Shown: positions 9,458 to 20,114 of the stretch, piece after piece
Position numbering within the stretch: position 1 is the stretch's first letter
Layout of the letters: the number at the start of each line of letters is the position of its first letter
Source of the DNA: an uncultured Rubripirellula sp.
GTDB taxonomy: Bacteria > Planctomycetota > Planctomycetia > Pirellulales > Pirellulaceae
Direction: 5' to 3'
NCBI GenBank assembly: GCA_938085445.1
Contig: CALKGR010000001.1
Span: 96,001-160,000, forward strand
Length of the DNA: 64,000 nt
Notes under the pieces: model-generated
Told to the model about the DNA's origin: nothing
Databases searched by the model: none
The model's input: only the letters and a program-made list of their open reading frames with translations
Translations under genes and position numbers: made by a program

Positions 9458-10648
9458 ATGAAATTTGAATTCCCCAACGACGCTCTACTAGCGCTTTCAG
9501 AAAAGCTACACCTGATGGCAACCGAGTCGCTTGATAGTTCTCACCAAGGTCGAGTCTTAGCAAGCAGCGTGATCGCTGATCGAGACAGCCCTGCGGCAGA
9601 TGTATCCGCGATGGATGGCTACGCCATTCGCATGACGCAGGCAAGCCAGACAACAACCTTACCGATCTTGGGTGAATCCGCAGCAGGTTCCGCAGCTCCG
9701 GAGATGCCGTCAGATGGCGTTTTAAGGATTTTCACGGGTGCAATTGTGCCCGAAGGTTGTGATGCGGTTGTCAAACGTGAAGACACTGAGGAATTAGGGT
9801 CGAAGATTCGCCTTACTTTAGACCCAACTCAAATAACCAAAGGCCAACACATTCGTCGTGCTGGGGAAAATGCTTCGAAGGGCTCAACCGTTCTCCAACC
9901 CGGTATCGAAATCAATGGCCCGCACAAAGCCACCATGGCTAACTTTGGATGCTCAATGGTCAATACGTACCGGCCTGTTCGAGTCACCATTCTGACCACA
10001 GGCGATGAGGTCGGAAATTTCCAACAGAAAACACCCAAACCATGGCAACTCCGGAATAGTAATCGCGCAGCAATCGCCACACTATTAGCAGCGCGAAATT
10101 GGATTTCTATTTCCTCAGTCGAGCACTGCATCGACGACCGAAAGCAACTACTCGAGACTCTCGCCGATCGCCTGAACACATCCGACGCCATCTTTATGAC
10201 AGGTGGCGTCTCCATGGGAGACTACGACTATGTGCCAGAAGTCATCAAGGATCTAGGTGGCGATACTGTTTTTCACGGCTTACCCATTCGGCCGGGTAAA
10301 CCCGTCCTTGGTGCCGCAACGGAAAGCGGAAAACTGTTGTTGGGATTGCCAGGTAATCCGGTGAGCGCGACCATTGGATGCCAACGACTGGGAATTCCGC
10401 TACTTGCCTACATGGCGGGTAAAAGTAACTGGCTACCTAAAGTACCCGTAGTAAGGCTGCGAAACGGGGGGACAAAATCCATTCCGTTGACATGGCTACG
10501 TCTGGTAAAACTATTGGACAACGGTGTAGCTGAACCAGTCATCACACAAGGTTCCGGAGACCTGGTTTCTCTTGGCAATAGTGATGGCTTTATCGAGGTT
10601 CCTCCCCGAGAGACTGGTGAAGGACCTTGGCCATTTTATTCCTGGTGA
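9458..10648 (+). CDS. moeA: Molybdopterin molybdotransferase
   Basis: SAMDGYA, IFTGA.VP.G.DAVV..ED, TTGDE, TGGVSMGDYD, RPGKP and GLPGNPVS motifs. Confidence 0.95.
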   Translation: MKFEFPNDALLALSEKLHLMATESLDSSHQGRVLASSVIADRDSPAADVSAMDGYAIRMTQASQTTTLPILGESAAGSAAPEMPSDGVLRIFTGAIVPEGCDAVVKREDTEELGSKIRLTLDPTQITKGQHIRRAGENASKGSTVLQPGIEINGPHKATMANFGCSMVNTYRPVRVTILTTGDEVGNFQQKTPKPWQLRNSNRAAIATLLAARNWISISSVEHCIDDRKQLLETLADRLNTSDAIFMTGGVSMGDYDYVPEVIKDLGGDTVFHGLPIRPGKPVLGAATESGKLLLGLPGNPVSATIGCQRLGIPLLAYMAGKSNWLPKVPVVRLRNGGTKSIPLTWLRLVKLLDNGVAEPVITQGSGDLVSLGNSDGFIEVPPRETGEGPWPFYSW

Positions 10649-10823
10649 GCCAAAAAACTGTGCACCCGCCATTCCTTAAATTAACCAGAGACACAGAACT
10701 ACAGTAACATGTCCAATGGAACAACGCTTACCTGCTGTTAAACCACGATAGCCAAATGAGCAACAAGCAAATTTTTCAATACCGTTTGCTCGCGAGGCAA
10801 TTTCTCGCTGTCACCCTGAAGTC

Positions 10824-11387
10824 ATGACACTGGATTCCATCAATCCCTATCGGCCATCTGTCGCGATATCTGAGAAAAATCTAGATGTAGTGCCCGAGAT
10901 ACAATTCCGCCTGACACACCGCATTCTCAGGTACAGTGAATCCAAGTATTTAATCCGTTCGCACTCGAGCCGTTTAATGCTCGGTTCTATGTTGATCATC
11001 ACTCTAAGTACTGTGATTTTCTTCGTCGCAATGTACTTCGGTGCGCTCTCTTTCTTTACCGCACTCATCGGAACCATGGCTGCAGCATCGGCTATCTATC
11101 TGGCTTTGGTGCACCACGCCAAAATTGAAATTCGCCAAAACCTGGAAGCATATGGGATGGAAGATGGAGCTGCATGCTCGATCACGATGAACAACGGGGC
11201 TGTCATCATCAATACTCCCACGGGTACTTACCAGTGGCCCGCTGACAAACTTAGGACCTACAGAACGCAGAAAGGTCAACTACTTCTGCCGCAAGAGCCT
11301 CTTTTCTTAATCATTCCGAAGGTGAATGAATCTACCCGTGGCGAGTACAAAGAATTGATCAAAACGATCAAAAGCAAAGCACGCTAA
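10824..11387 (+). CDS. Hypothetical membrane protein (2 TM, YcxB-like C-terminus)
   Basis: N-terminal NPY.P motif, two hydrophobic helices, C-terminal ...W...LIIPK pattern. Confidence 0.65.
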   Translation: MTLDSINPYRPSVAISEKNLDVVPEIQFRLTHRILRYSESKYLIRSHSSRLMLGSMLIITLSTVIFFVAMYFGALSFFTALIGTMAAASAIYLALVHHAKIEIRQNLEAYGMEDGAACSITMNNGAVIINTPTGTYQWPADKLRTYRTQKGQLLLPQEPLFLIIPKVNESTRGEYKELIKTIKSKAR

Positions 11388-11434
11388 TGTTTAAAGATAC
11401 AATCATGGACTAGTCGAGTTTGCGGAACTTGGCG

Positions 11435-12811
11435 TCAAGCGAGAATATCGGTTGCGATGCTGCCATGAACATCAGTCAGACGAAAATCACGACCCGCATA
11501 CCGATACGTCAATTGCTCATGATCAAGTCCCATTAAATGCAGAATGGTTGCGTGCCAGTCGTGGATGTGACACTTGTTCTCGACGGCTTCATAACCATGC
11601 TCATCCGTTGATCCATAGCTGTACCCGCCCTTTACACCTCCGCCAGCCATCCATGTGGTATAGCCTTTATTGTTGTGATTACGACCATCTCCTCCCTGTG
11701 CTGCTGGTGTCCGTCCGAACTCCCCACCCCAAATCACCAAGGTGTCCTTCAACAAGCCACGCTGTTTCAAGTCTCGTAAGAGTCCGGCAATGGGCAGATC
11801 ACAGGCTTCGGCACGAGCTTTGTGATCGGTTGTCAAATTCACATGCTGATCCCAATTGCCGTGTGTGATCTCAACGAATCGCACCCCCGCCTCCACAAAG
11901 CGTCGTGCCAACAGGCATTGCTTGCCAAAATTGGACGTTGCAGTTTGATTGACTCCATACATGTCGAGCGTCTTTTCGCTCTCCCCCGAGGTGTCCATTA
12001 ACTGCGGCATTGCATCCTGCATTCGAAATGCAAGTTCGTACGATTCGATCACACCCTCAACACCAGGATGATATTGCTCACGTTGCAACTTTCCCCGATT
12101 CAATGACTGTATGTAATCTAATTGCCTTCGTTGCTGACTATCGGAGAGCTTCGGATTTTTGATATCAGGAATAGATTCCCCTCCCCCCTCTCTCGAGAAA
12201 CGCGGGAGACTGCGTCCGCTGCGGCCGACCTTAGTACCGCCATAAATGGCGGGCAAGAAGGAACTGCCATAATTCCGCGACGTTCCTGATGGCGGACTTA
12301 ATGATACAAATCCAGGCAAACTGTCGTTCTCTGTTCCGAGCCCATAGAGCGTCCAAGCGCCCAATGAGGGGCGAATGAACTGCGCCGTTCCTGTATGCAT
12401 CTGCGTCATGGCGCCCGGGTGCACTGGCTGATCACATTGCATGGAGCGGATCAGGCAGAGGTCATCAGCCTGTTTTGCGACCTCAGGAAAAACATCAGAA
12501 ATCCACAATCCACTACCACCCCGTTGCCGGAATTGCCAAGGGGATTTGAGCAACGAACCACCATATTTACCGCGTTTCCCATGATCCTTGGCCAACTGGG
12601 GTTTGTAATCGAAGGTATCAACATGGGAGGGTCCCCCCTGCATGCACAGGAAGATCACCCGCTTGGCTCTCGGAGCAAAGTGCGGTGATTTCGGTGAGAG
12701 CAGATTAAGGTCGCTTTCTCCCTCCGCATTTGCACGGTTTGCCAAGCCAGCGAAAGCAAGATAGCCGAATCCGGCAGAAACAGTTTTCAGCAAATTTCGA
12801 CGAGAATGCAT
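11435..12811 (-). CDS. DUF1501 domain protein with Tat-like signal
   Basis: SRRNLLK, AKRVIFL.M.GGPSHVDTFDYKP, WGGEFGRTP and HATILHLMGLDHEQLTY motifs. Confidence 0.93.
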   Translation of the reverse strand: MHSRRNLLKTVSAGFGYLAFAGLANRANAEGESDLNLLSPKSPHFAPRAKRVIFLCMQGGPSHVDTFDYKPQLAKDHGKRGKYGGSLLKSPWQFRQRGGSGLWISDVFPEVAKQADDLCLIRSMQCDQPVHPGAMTQMHTGTAQFIRPSLGAWTLYGLGTENDSLPGFVSLSPPSGTSRNYGSSFLPAIYGGTKVGRSGRSLPRFSREGGGESIPDIKNPKLSDSQQRRQLDYIQSLNRGKLQREQYHPGVEGVIESYELAFRMQDAMPQLMDTSGESEKTLDMYGVNQTATSNFGKQCLLARRFVEAGVRFVEITHGNWDQHVNLTTDHKARAEACDLPIAGLLRDLKQRGLLKDTLVIWGGEFGRTPAAQGGDGRNHNNKGYTTWMAGGGVKGGYSYGSTDEHGYEAVENKCHIHDWHATILHLMGLDHEQLTYRYAGRDFRLTDVHGSIATDILA

Positions 12812-12869
12812 CAGAATGATCCAAAGGCGTTTCCAGAAAAGGGCTTCTACGCGAGCCCTCAAAGTCGCA

Positions 12870-15683
12870 TCAGTCGATGTAACGAAATTCGGCAGATGCA
12901 AATAAACTCTGACACAAGATCGATAGAGTGGAATCACTCAAAGAACGTGCCTGCCCCCCGAACGATCTCACAAGTCTCTCAGTTGCCCGTCGTTCACCCG
13001 ACGTAGGTGACCGGCCATAAGCAAGCACGAACATGAAATCAATTTGATCGTTCACATTTCCACCACTCCGTTTTACTCGGTTCGCAAACCCATTACTTTG
13101 CCGGATCACAAAGGGATTATTCATCATGTACAACGCCTGATTCGCCGTATTGGATGCCTCCCGTACTCCGGTCACTGTGCTGGCATCAGCGAAGTCAAAA
13201 ACATCCATTGAGCGTGGCGTCTGATCACGAACGATTGGCAAATAAACACTTCGGTACTTCGCATTTTCCATATCCAGGCCACCACCGATCTGGGCAGTTG
13301 CTTCACGAAAAGCAGACTCAAACATTGCCTTTTGCCTGCTTGTCGCTCCTTCCATGATGAACCGCCCATTACGCTGCCCCATGGGCAGATTCCCACGGCC
13401 TCGCTGAACACCATTTCGCAAATTTGAATTCATTGGTTGCTCCCGCGATCCTAGACCAGGTCGCCCCATTCCTTTGCGGAAATCATTCGACCGGATATTG
13501 CCACGCGAATTCGAGCGGCTTCCATTGCCACCCGCCACAGATCGGTTCTCCCGCTGTAAAGCATCCATCACATTTTTCTTTGCCAACTCAAACACTTCTC
13601 TCGCTTTTGCTCTCGCATCTCCAAGCGAACCATCTCGAACTCGTACATAGCCCGCCTTCGCCACCTCGGAACCTCGAGGACGCTTCAAATCAATCTCTCC
13701 ACTGATGCTCAACATTGCATCGCGTATCGCCTCCGCATCCAGTCGCCGAGAATTAGCACGCCACAGCAGGGCATTTTCAGGATCATACTCATGGTGATGA
13801 GCATCGTAAGCAGTACTCATACGATAGACGCGTGAGGTTGCGATCTGACGTATCAAACTTTTGACGGACCAACCAGATTCCATGAATTCCACCGCTAAAT
13901 GGTCAAGCAAAGCTGGATGACTGGGCGGCTGTCCCGTCACACCGAAATTTTCAGTCGAAGTTACAATGCCTTGCCCAATCATATGTTGCCAAATGCGATT
14001 GACCATCACACGCGCTGTCAGTGGATTCTGTTCACTGCCAAGCCAGTTCGCAAACTCAAGGCGACCACTTGATCGACTATCAATGCGAACAGGCGTAGAA
14101 CACAGTACCTGTGGAAACCCCCGCGGAACCGTCTGTGCAGGTTGATCTATTTCACCCCGAACCAGAAGCTTCACATCACGCGGCTCACTATTTTCCTGAA
14201 CCCCCATGCAATAACTGTGTGGATCTCCATTTTCATCAACCACTGCGAGCTTGGTGGACAAGGTTGCAAGACGATTCGCTGTTTGCAATCGATTACGCAC
14301 CGCATCCCGAGCTTCAATTTTTCCCGACGCACGATCCCGGCGTGACTGAGACGCCTCCTCCATGGTGGAAGTAATCTCCGAACGAAGATCCTCCAATTCC
14401 TTGGCGGTATAGGTTGGGTCGTAAGGGTTGGGGTCATCAATGGGCAACAGCAGCAAACTGCTATTTCTTCTCGCCTGTGCAGTGCTAAAAGTTCCAAATT
14501 CAGATGGAGGTGATCCCCAATAGGTACTCGAATTCGCAAACACACCAGCCAGTGCGTAATAATCGGTTTGCGGAATCGCATCGAATTTATGATCATGGCA
14601 ACGTGCACATGCCACCGAAGTCCCCAGAAAAACTCTTGTGGTGGCATCAATCTGTTCGTCAATCTGATCTGCTGCAAACTGAACCCGATTTTGCTCATTC
14701 AAGTTTTTGGGCCCCATTGCCAGGAACGTTGTGGCCACAAGATTTGAAGCCCACTGCTCATCACTCCTCGCAGGCAACAAATCTCCTGCAATCTGTTCCC
14801 TGACAAACTGGTTGAATGGTTTATCTGCGTTAAACGAATCAATGACGTAGTCGCGATAGCGCCACGCATGGGGATAAGTCTGATTTACCTCGCGGCCTGT
14901 CGATTCCGCAAACCGGGCAACATCAAGCCAGTGTCGTCCCCAACGCTCACCAAATTGTTCGTATCTCAACAGTTGATCAACAACATGATTGATCGCCTGC
15001 TCCGGGCTCGATTGCCATTTGGCCTCAAAGTATTCAACTTGCTGCAGTGTCGGCGGCAAACCGATCAGATCAAAGCAAAGTCGACGCAACACCCGGTACG
15101 CCTCTGCATCCTGTGCAGGCTCAATACCAGCCTGCTCCAAGTTAGCGAGGATGAAACGATCAATGGATGTTGCTGGCCACTCCTCATCACTGACAGTTGG
15201 AGGTTGCTGCTGTCGGGGATTTTGATAAGCCCAAAATGTGTCACGAGCGTTACCAATGTCTTCGCTGCTGATTTTGGATTGAATCTGCGAAATCTGATTT
15301 TTACGTGGATCCGGAGCACCCATCTCAATCCACTCTCGAAAATCATTGATAACACTATCCGAAAGTTTTCGCTTCGGTGGCATGACAAAATCTTGATGCA
15401 CCATCGCATTGAAAAGCAGACTCTCTTCAAGATTACCGGGCACAATCGCGGGGCCACTGCTACCCCCGATCAACATGAGTTCCTTCGTATCAAGCCGCAG
15501 ACCGCCGCGAACGTTACCGGATTGATTCGAGTGACACCCGTAACACTCCCTGATCAGCACTGGCCGAATTTTGGCTTCGAAAAACTTCAGCTCATCGGAC
15601 GTCAGTTGCTGTCCGTAAATCGGTACGACAGGAAACGCGAGAAGAATTAGCAGAACTGGGCGTAAGGAAATCATGGCTGGCAT
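12870..15683 (-). CDS. Planctomycete cytochrome c (PSCyt1) + DUF1549 + DUF1553 protein
   Basis: FFEAKIRPVL..CYGCH, GERWGRHWLDVARFAES, CARCHDHKFD, NPLTARVMVNRIWQH, RRLDAEAIRDAML. Confidence 0.93.
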   Translation of the reverse strand: MPAMISLRPVLLILLAFPVVPIYGQQLTSDELKFFEAKIRPVLIRECYGCHSNQSGNVRGGLRLDTKELMLIGGSSGPAIVPGNLEESLLFNAMVHQDFVMPPKRKLSDSVINDFREWIEMGAPDPRKNQISQIQSKISSEDIGNARDTFWAYQNPRQQQPPTVSDEEWPATSIDRFILANLEQAGIEPAQDAEAYRVLRRLCFDLIGLPPTLQQVEYFEAKWQSSPEQAINHVVDQLLRYEQFGERWGRHWLDVARFAESTGREVNQTYPHAWRYRDYVIDSFNADKPFNQFVREQIAGDLLPARSDEQWASNLVATTFLAMGPKNLNEQNRVQFAADQIDEQIDATTRVFLGTSVACARCHDHKFDAIPQTDYYALAGVFANSSTYWGSPPSEFGTFSTAQARRNSSLLLLPIDDPNPYDPTYTAKELEDLRSEITSTMEEASQSRRDRASGKIEARDAVRNRLQTANRLATLSTKLAVVDENGDPHSYCMGVQENSEPRDVKLLVRGEIDQPAQTVPRGFPQVLCSTPVRIDSRSSGRLEFANWLGSEQNPLTARVMVNRIWQHMIGQGIVTSTENFGVTGQPPSHPALLDHLAVEFMESGWSVKSLIRQIATSRVYRMSTAYDAHHHEYDPENALLWRANSRRLDAEAIRDAMLSISGEIDLKRPRGSEVAKAGYVRVRDGSLGDARAKAREVFELAKKNVMDALQRENRSVAGGNGSRSNSRGNIRSNDFRKGMGRPGLGSREQPMNSNLRNGVQRGRGNLPMGQRNGRFIMEGATSRQKAMFESAFREATAQIGGGLDMENAKYRSVYLPIVRDQTPRSMDVFDFADASTVTGVREASNTANQALYMMNNPFVIRQSNGFANRVKRSGGNVNDQIDFMFVLAYGRSPTSGERRATERLVRSFGGQARSLSDSTLSILCQSLFASAEFRYID

Positions 15684-15730
15684 CCAATATTATCGACCTG
15701 AGACAGACGGAAGCTCGATCGAAAAGTACC

Positions 15731-16282
15731 TCAGAATAACGGAATAGGACGACTTGATTGGGCTATGTTCGGTTCTGAGCGGACCCCTCCATAACGTTCG
15801 CCTGGCTCTGAGACACCACTTTGACCTCGAGCCCGCTTTTTCGGAGACTTCACGGCAGGTTGCCCCTCAAACTTGTTCAATTTTTCAGAAGAATATTCTG
15901 CTGATTTCGGCTCTCTCGCACGCTCATTCTTGGATTGACTTCGTGCACTGCCGGATTCTGGACCTCCCCGAACCGCCTCCGGTCTGCCCTTCCCTGCTCT
16001 GCTCTGTCCAATTCTTCCCTGACCTACTTTGGCTTTTTGCAACCACTCCCTCATGCCATCAAACATCACAGTCAGCTCACGCACATTCAGCATGCCATCC
16101 CCATCAGTGTCAAATTCTGAGAGCATTTTCGATGCAATATCTCGGGGTTCTCTTGCCGGTGCCACCCCGTTTTTGCTGCGTGGGCTGCGGTGTTCCCCTC
16201 GTTGAAGCTTTTCCACGGCGTGAACCCTTGGTGCCCAAAGTCCGGTTATCAGACACGCTGCTGCCGTGATGCAGATTTTCAT
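15731..16282 (-). CDS. Exported EF-hand protein with low-complexity tail
   Basis: Signal-like N-terminus and EF-hand loop DTDGDGMLNVRE. Confidence 0.7.
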   Translation of the reverse strand: MKICITAAACLITGLWAPRVHAVEKLQRGEHRSPRSKNGVAPAREPRDIASKMLSEFDTDGDGMLNVRELTVMFDGMREWLQKAKVGQGRIGQSRAGKGRPEAVRGGPESGSARSQSKNERAREPKSAEYSSEKLNKFEGQPAVKSPKKRARGQSGVSEPGERYGGVRSEPNIAQSSRPIPLF

Positions 16283-16512
16283 GAGATGACTCTTTTGTTC
16301 CGATAACGCGTCCTGACTGACCAGCCCAATGTTAGGAAAACGGAAGATTGCATCCTTGAGGACAGAGAATCCTAAACTTTCTCACAATTATCAGTTTCTA
16401 TGATATGCGATGTTATTTCCACCAATTTAAGTGCGAAACCTGACACGATTTCGCGGCATTAATCAGTCGCAGATGTACCTGTCTTTTCTTCTAATCTTGG
16501 GTGGCACCTTCT

Positions 16513-17160
16513 ATGTCCGATAGCTCAATTGGCGTCGAAACCGGGCTCACAGCACGAATGAGGCAGGGAAACAAGGATGCGCTCGCGACCCTCTTTTCTG
16601 ACTACCGGGAGCGTCTTCGCCGCATTATCCAATTTCGCATTGACTACCGAATTGCAGCGAGAGTTTCAGATTCAGATATTTTGCAGGATACCTACATTGC
16701 CGCAGCAAAACGGCTCCCACACTTTTCACACCAAACAGAAATGTCTGCATTTCTCTGGCTTCGTCTACTGGCGAAACAGCAGCTAGTGGATATCCATCGG
16801 CAGCATTTAATGGCAGAGAAAAGAGATGCCCGAAAAGAGATGGGTCTCCAGCCCTACCAGGCATCCGCGCAGACTTCCATAGCTCTGGCTGTCCAGTTGG
16901 CTGGATCAATCACCGCAGCCAGTGAAGTTGTCGCACGGGCTGAAACGATCGCCTTTTTGGAATCATCGTTGAATGAAATGGATGAGACCGATCGTGAGGT
17001 AATTGCGCTGCGGCACTTTGAAGAACTAACAAATATTGAAACTGCCAGTGTTTTGAATCTGCAACCCTCGGCAGCGAGTAAACGCTACCTCAGGGCAATG
17101 AGTCGTCTTTCTCAACTGATGTCCAAATTTGAGGACTCACAACCTAGAGGCGAAGCATGA
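16513..17160 (+). CDS. ECF-family RNA polymerase sigma factor (kinase-associated type)
   Basis: Region 2 YRERLRR...SDSDILQD, FLWLR; region 4 DREVIALRHFEELTNIETA..L...AASKRY.RA. Confidence 0.92.
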   Translation: MSDSSIGVETGLTARMRQGNKDALATLFSDYRERLRRIIQFRIDYRIAARVSDSDILQDTYIAAAKRLPHFSHQTEMSAFLWLRLLAKQQLVDIHRQHLMAEKRDARKEMGLQPYQASAQTSIALAVQLAGSITAASEVVARAETIAFLESSLNEMDETDREVIALRHFEELTNIETASVLNLQPSAASKRYLRAMSRLSQLMSKFEDSQPRGEA

Positions 17161-19976
17161 CACTCGATGATCAGACTCCCCATGACAGCGAGGCAAAACC
17201 AGATCAATCGCCGGCTCCAACCAAGGCGGACCACTTCAATCTCGATAAAATTGGAGAACAGTTCACCGAAGCGATACGAGGAGGTGCCCACCCGAACATC
17301 AATGTGTACCTAAAAATGTATCCAGAGAATGCCGATGAGATACGTGAACTACTGGAATCCATCTCACTCATCGAGACATTCAAGCAGTCAAAGCATGCGG
17401 TATCTGATCCATCCGCAAGGCACACCACTTTTACAGAACTCGACGATTACAAAGTCATTCGTGAAATTGGGCGTGGAGGGATGGGTATCGTACTTGAAGC
17501 TATCCATGAACCACTCAGCCGCAAAGTAGCGATCAAAGTTCTGGCGAACAATCTTCTTGGTGAATCCAAGCATCTGATAAGGTTTCGTCGAGAGGCACGC
17601 GCCGCTGCGAAACTGCGACACACTAACATTGTTCCGGTGTTCGGTTTGGGCACGAGTGGTGAGCATCACTACTACGTCATGGACTACATCGATGGGATGA
17701 GCTTGCATCAATGGCTGACGTCTCTTGACCAAGATCGGTCCCCCGCCGCTCCAACCGTCGACTTTTACTCTGCCAACACATTTTCTGGCGCAAACACTGA
17801 CGAAGCAATTGCAGAAGATGCTTTACAGCAACCTGGTGTAGACTCACCAACGGTTCAAGACACGCAAAGGTACCAGCGTTGGGTTACAGGCTTGGGCATA
17901 TCTGCAGCTGATGCATTGCACTATGCGCACTCACAGGGCGTGTTACATCGTGACATCAAACCTTCGAACCTGCTGCTCGATAGAAGTAACATACTCTGGA
18001 TTGCTGATTTTGGCTTAGCAAAACTTGCCGAGCAAAATGCGGTCACAGCAACGGGCGATATCGTCGGCACTCCTCAATACATGCCACCTGAATCATTTGA
18101 AGGTGAATATGACATACGTAGTGAGGTCTACGCGCTGGGGCTAACACTCTATGAGCTGCTAACCCTAAAGCCGGCCATTGAAGGCAATGGCACGGCAGAC
18201 ATTATCCGCAAAGCCACCCGTGGTGTGACGGTACGACCTCGTAAATTAAATCCCGACATTGCGCAAGACTTGGAAACAATTCTACTGAAGGCTTTGTCGC
18301 ATGATCCGGAGGATCGCTACACAAACGCTGAAGAACTGCGGAAGGATCTGAATTGTTTTCTAACAGATCGTCCCATTGCGGCTCGAAAAACCAATCCCAT
18401 AGAACGGATGATTCGCTGGTCCCGTCGTGAGCCCAAAGTTGCTGCCCTCACGATTACTACTTTCTTATTACTGGGCGCTCTTGCCAGTGTCTCCGCATTT
18501 GGCTTCTGGCAGACCAAGCAGGCACTTAACCAAGCGAAGGCCTCCGAACAAGATTCGATTAAGTCACTTGCATTAGAAACGGCTGCAAAAAATGAAGCAG
18601 ATGCACAAAAAACACTTGCAGAGAAGAACCTGCAGGTCGCCGTGAAAGCACTCAATGAAGTGATGGAGAATATATCCCGCCGTGGAATTGAAACAGGTGC
18701 GGAATTCCTGGCAGAAGTGACCGATACAACCTCTCCAAATGTCTCTGCCGAAGATGCCGAATTGCTTAATTCTCTACTGGGCTTCTTTGATGAACTGGGG
18801 CGTAACAACAGCAAGGATCTACTTGCTGAGTCCGCGATTGCAGCCAAATATGCGGGGGAGATTTGCATGAGGCTGGGTGACTTACACAAAGCAGAACTAG
18901 CCTTCAGTGAATCGCTTAACAGAACTCGCGAACTCGCAGCATGTGACCCGGATGAAACAGCACATATCGTTGCACAAGCTGCCATTCTGAATAAATTGGC
19001 CCTCATTACCGGTCTGCGTGGAAGACTTAAACAAGCAGACGCCATCTTTTTCAGAACCAAACGTTTATTGCAATCTTGCCCTGATGTCATGGCCACTGCA
19101 GAAGGACGTTTCCATTATGCGATTGCACACCGACTGGTGGCATCACATGCAACACGAATTGGAATTGATGAACCAAGTCCATACCAGGGCGCAGGTCGGA
19201 CTTGGCTAGCACGAAGACTGCGTCTGACCGAACCCAAGCCAGGGATCGACAGTGCCAATGCCGTGCTTCGAGAAGCCATTGACGTTTTAACCAGATTAAC
19301 CAACGAACACCCTGAGAATCAGCACTATCAGGTAGAACTTGCGAGAGCCTATCGAGACAAGGCAGTGACCGCTTCACTTGCCCGACGCCGGACCGAAGCA
19401 GAAAATTCAATTCAGCGATCAATTGCTTTATTTCGCGAATTGCTCTCTGCAAATCCCACCTTGGATGCGATCCGATATGAGCTTGCATTAACGCTCTGCA
19501 GCACTGCAACTTTCAACATGGATCAGGTCCGCCGATCAGTTGAGGCACATGAACTGTGCCAAAAACTGTTGGAAACGTCACCCCACCTGCCTCATGTAAA
19601 GGCACTGTATGCTTCCACGCTAGCAAATCTCGCCGAACGTCAAATGCGACTCGCAAAATATAAAACTGCCGAAGATACTTGGAAAGAAGTTCTTCAAATC
19701 TATGAGTCCCTGATCCAAACCTCACCCAATGTTCTCCTTTACAAACGTCGTCATAGCGACACGTTTGAATCACTTGCGGAATTGAAAGGAAAACAGGGCG
19801 ACCGCAATGCTGCACAGGCGTATCTGGAACAAGCCATCGAAGGTCTGCGACGCGCCATCAAACGCAGCCCTGACTCACCTGTAATGCGTCTGCAACTGAA
19901 TCGATTGATTCAACGTGCACGCCGCCAAGCCAATGCAGAAAAAACAATCGGGTCCGAACGTGTGGATGAAGAATAA
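17157..19976 (+). CDS. Hanks-type Ser/Thr kinase with one TM and a TPR-like C-terminal region
   Basis: GRGGMG, VAIK, HRDIKPSN, DFGLAK, GTPQYMPPE; ATGA overlap with the sigma gene. Confidence 0.93.
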   Translation: MTLDDQTPHDSEAKPDQSPAPTKADHFNLDKIGEQFTEAIRGGAHPNINVYLKMYPENADEIRELLESISLIETFKQSKHAVSDPSARHTTFTELDDYKVIREIGRGGMGIVLEAIHEPLSRKVAIKVLANNLLGESKHLIRFRREARAAAKLRHTNIVPVFGLGTSGEHHYYVMDYIDGMSLHQWLTSLDQDRSPAAPTVDFYSANTFSGANTDEAIAEDALQQPGVDSPTVQDTQRYQRWVTGLGISAADALHYAHSQGVLHRDIKPSNLLLDRSNILWIADFGLAKLAEQNAVTATGDIVGTPQYMPPESFEGEYDIRSEVYALGLTLYELLTLKPAIEGNGTADIIRKATRGVTVRPRKLNPDIAQDLETILLKALSHDPEDRYTNAEELRKDLNCFLTDRPIAARKTNPIERMIRWSRREPKVAALTITTFLLLGALASVSAFGFWQTKQALNQAKASEQDSIKSLALETAAKNEADAQKTLAEKNLQVAVKALNEVMENISRRGIETGAEFLAEVTDTTSPNVSAEDAELLNSLLGFFDELGRNNSKDLLAESAIAAKYAGEICMRLGDLHKAELAFSESLNRTRELAACDPDETAHIVAQAAILNKLALITGLRGRLKQADAIFFRTKRLLQSCPDVMATAEGRFHYAIAHRLVASHATRIGIDEPSPYQGAGRTWLARRLRLTEPKPGIDSANAVLREAIDVLTRLTNEHPENQHYQVELARAYRDKAVTASLARRRTEAENSIQRSIALFRELLSANPTLDAIRYELALTLCSTATFNMDQVRRSVEAHELCQKLLETSPHLPHVKALYASTLANLAERQMRLAKYKTAEDTWKEVLQIYESLIQTSPNVLLYKRRHSDTFESLAELKGKQGDRNAAQAYLEQAIEGLRRAIKRSPDSPVMRLQLNRLIQRARRQANAEKTIGSERVDEE

Positions 19977-20114
19977 AGGCCACCTGCCCATGATTGTTTC
20001 CAGCCTGCCAGCCCTCGAGGTCGCCGTGACCGCCGCCTGCACAAGATGAAAGTCATTTGCCACGCCCACGAACTCGCCCAAATCACTAGCAAGTGTGAAC
20101 ACCTGCTGAGCTCG

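Noticed and set aside
14868..15650. 260-aa plus-strand ORF, and similar long antisense ORFs (341-925, 2332-2952, 18317-19096, 26139-26744, 30969-31658)
   Set aside because: They lie opposite well-supported genes and show no motifs; they are shadow ORFs.
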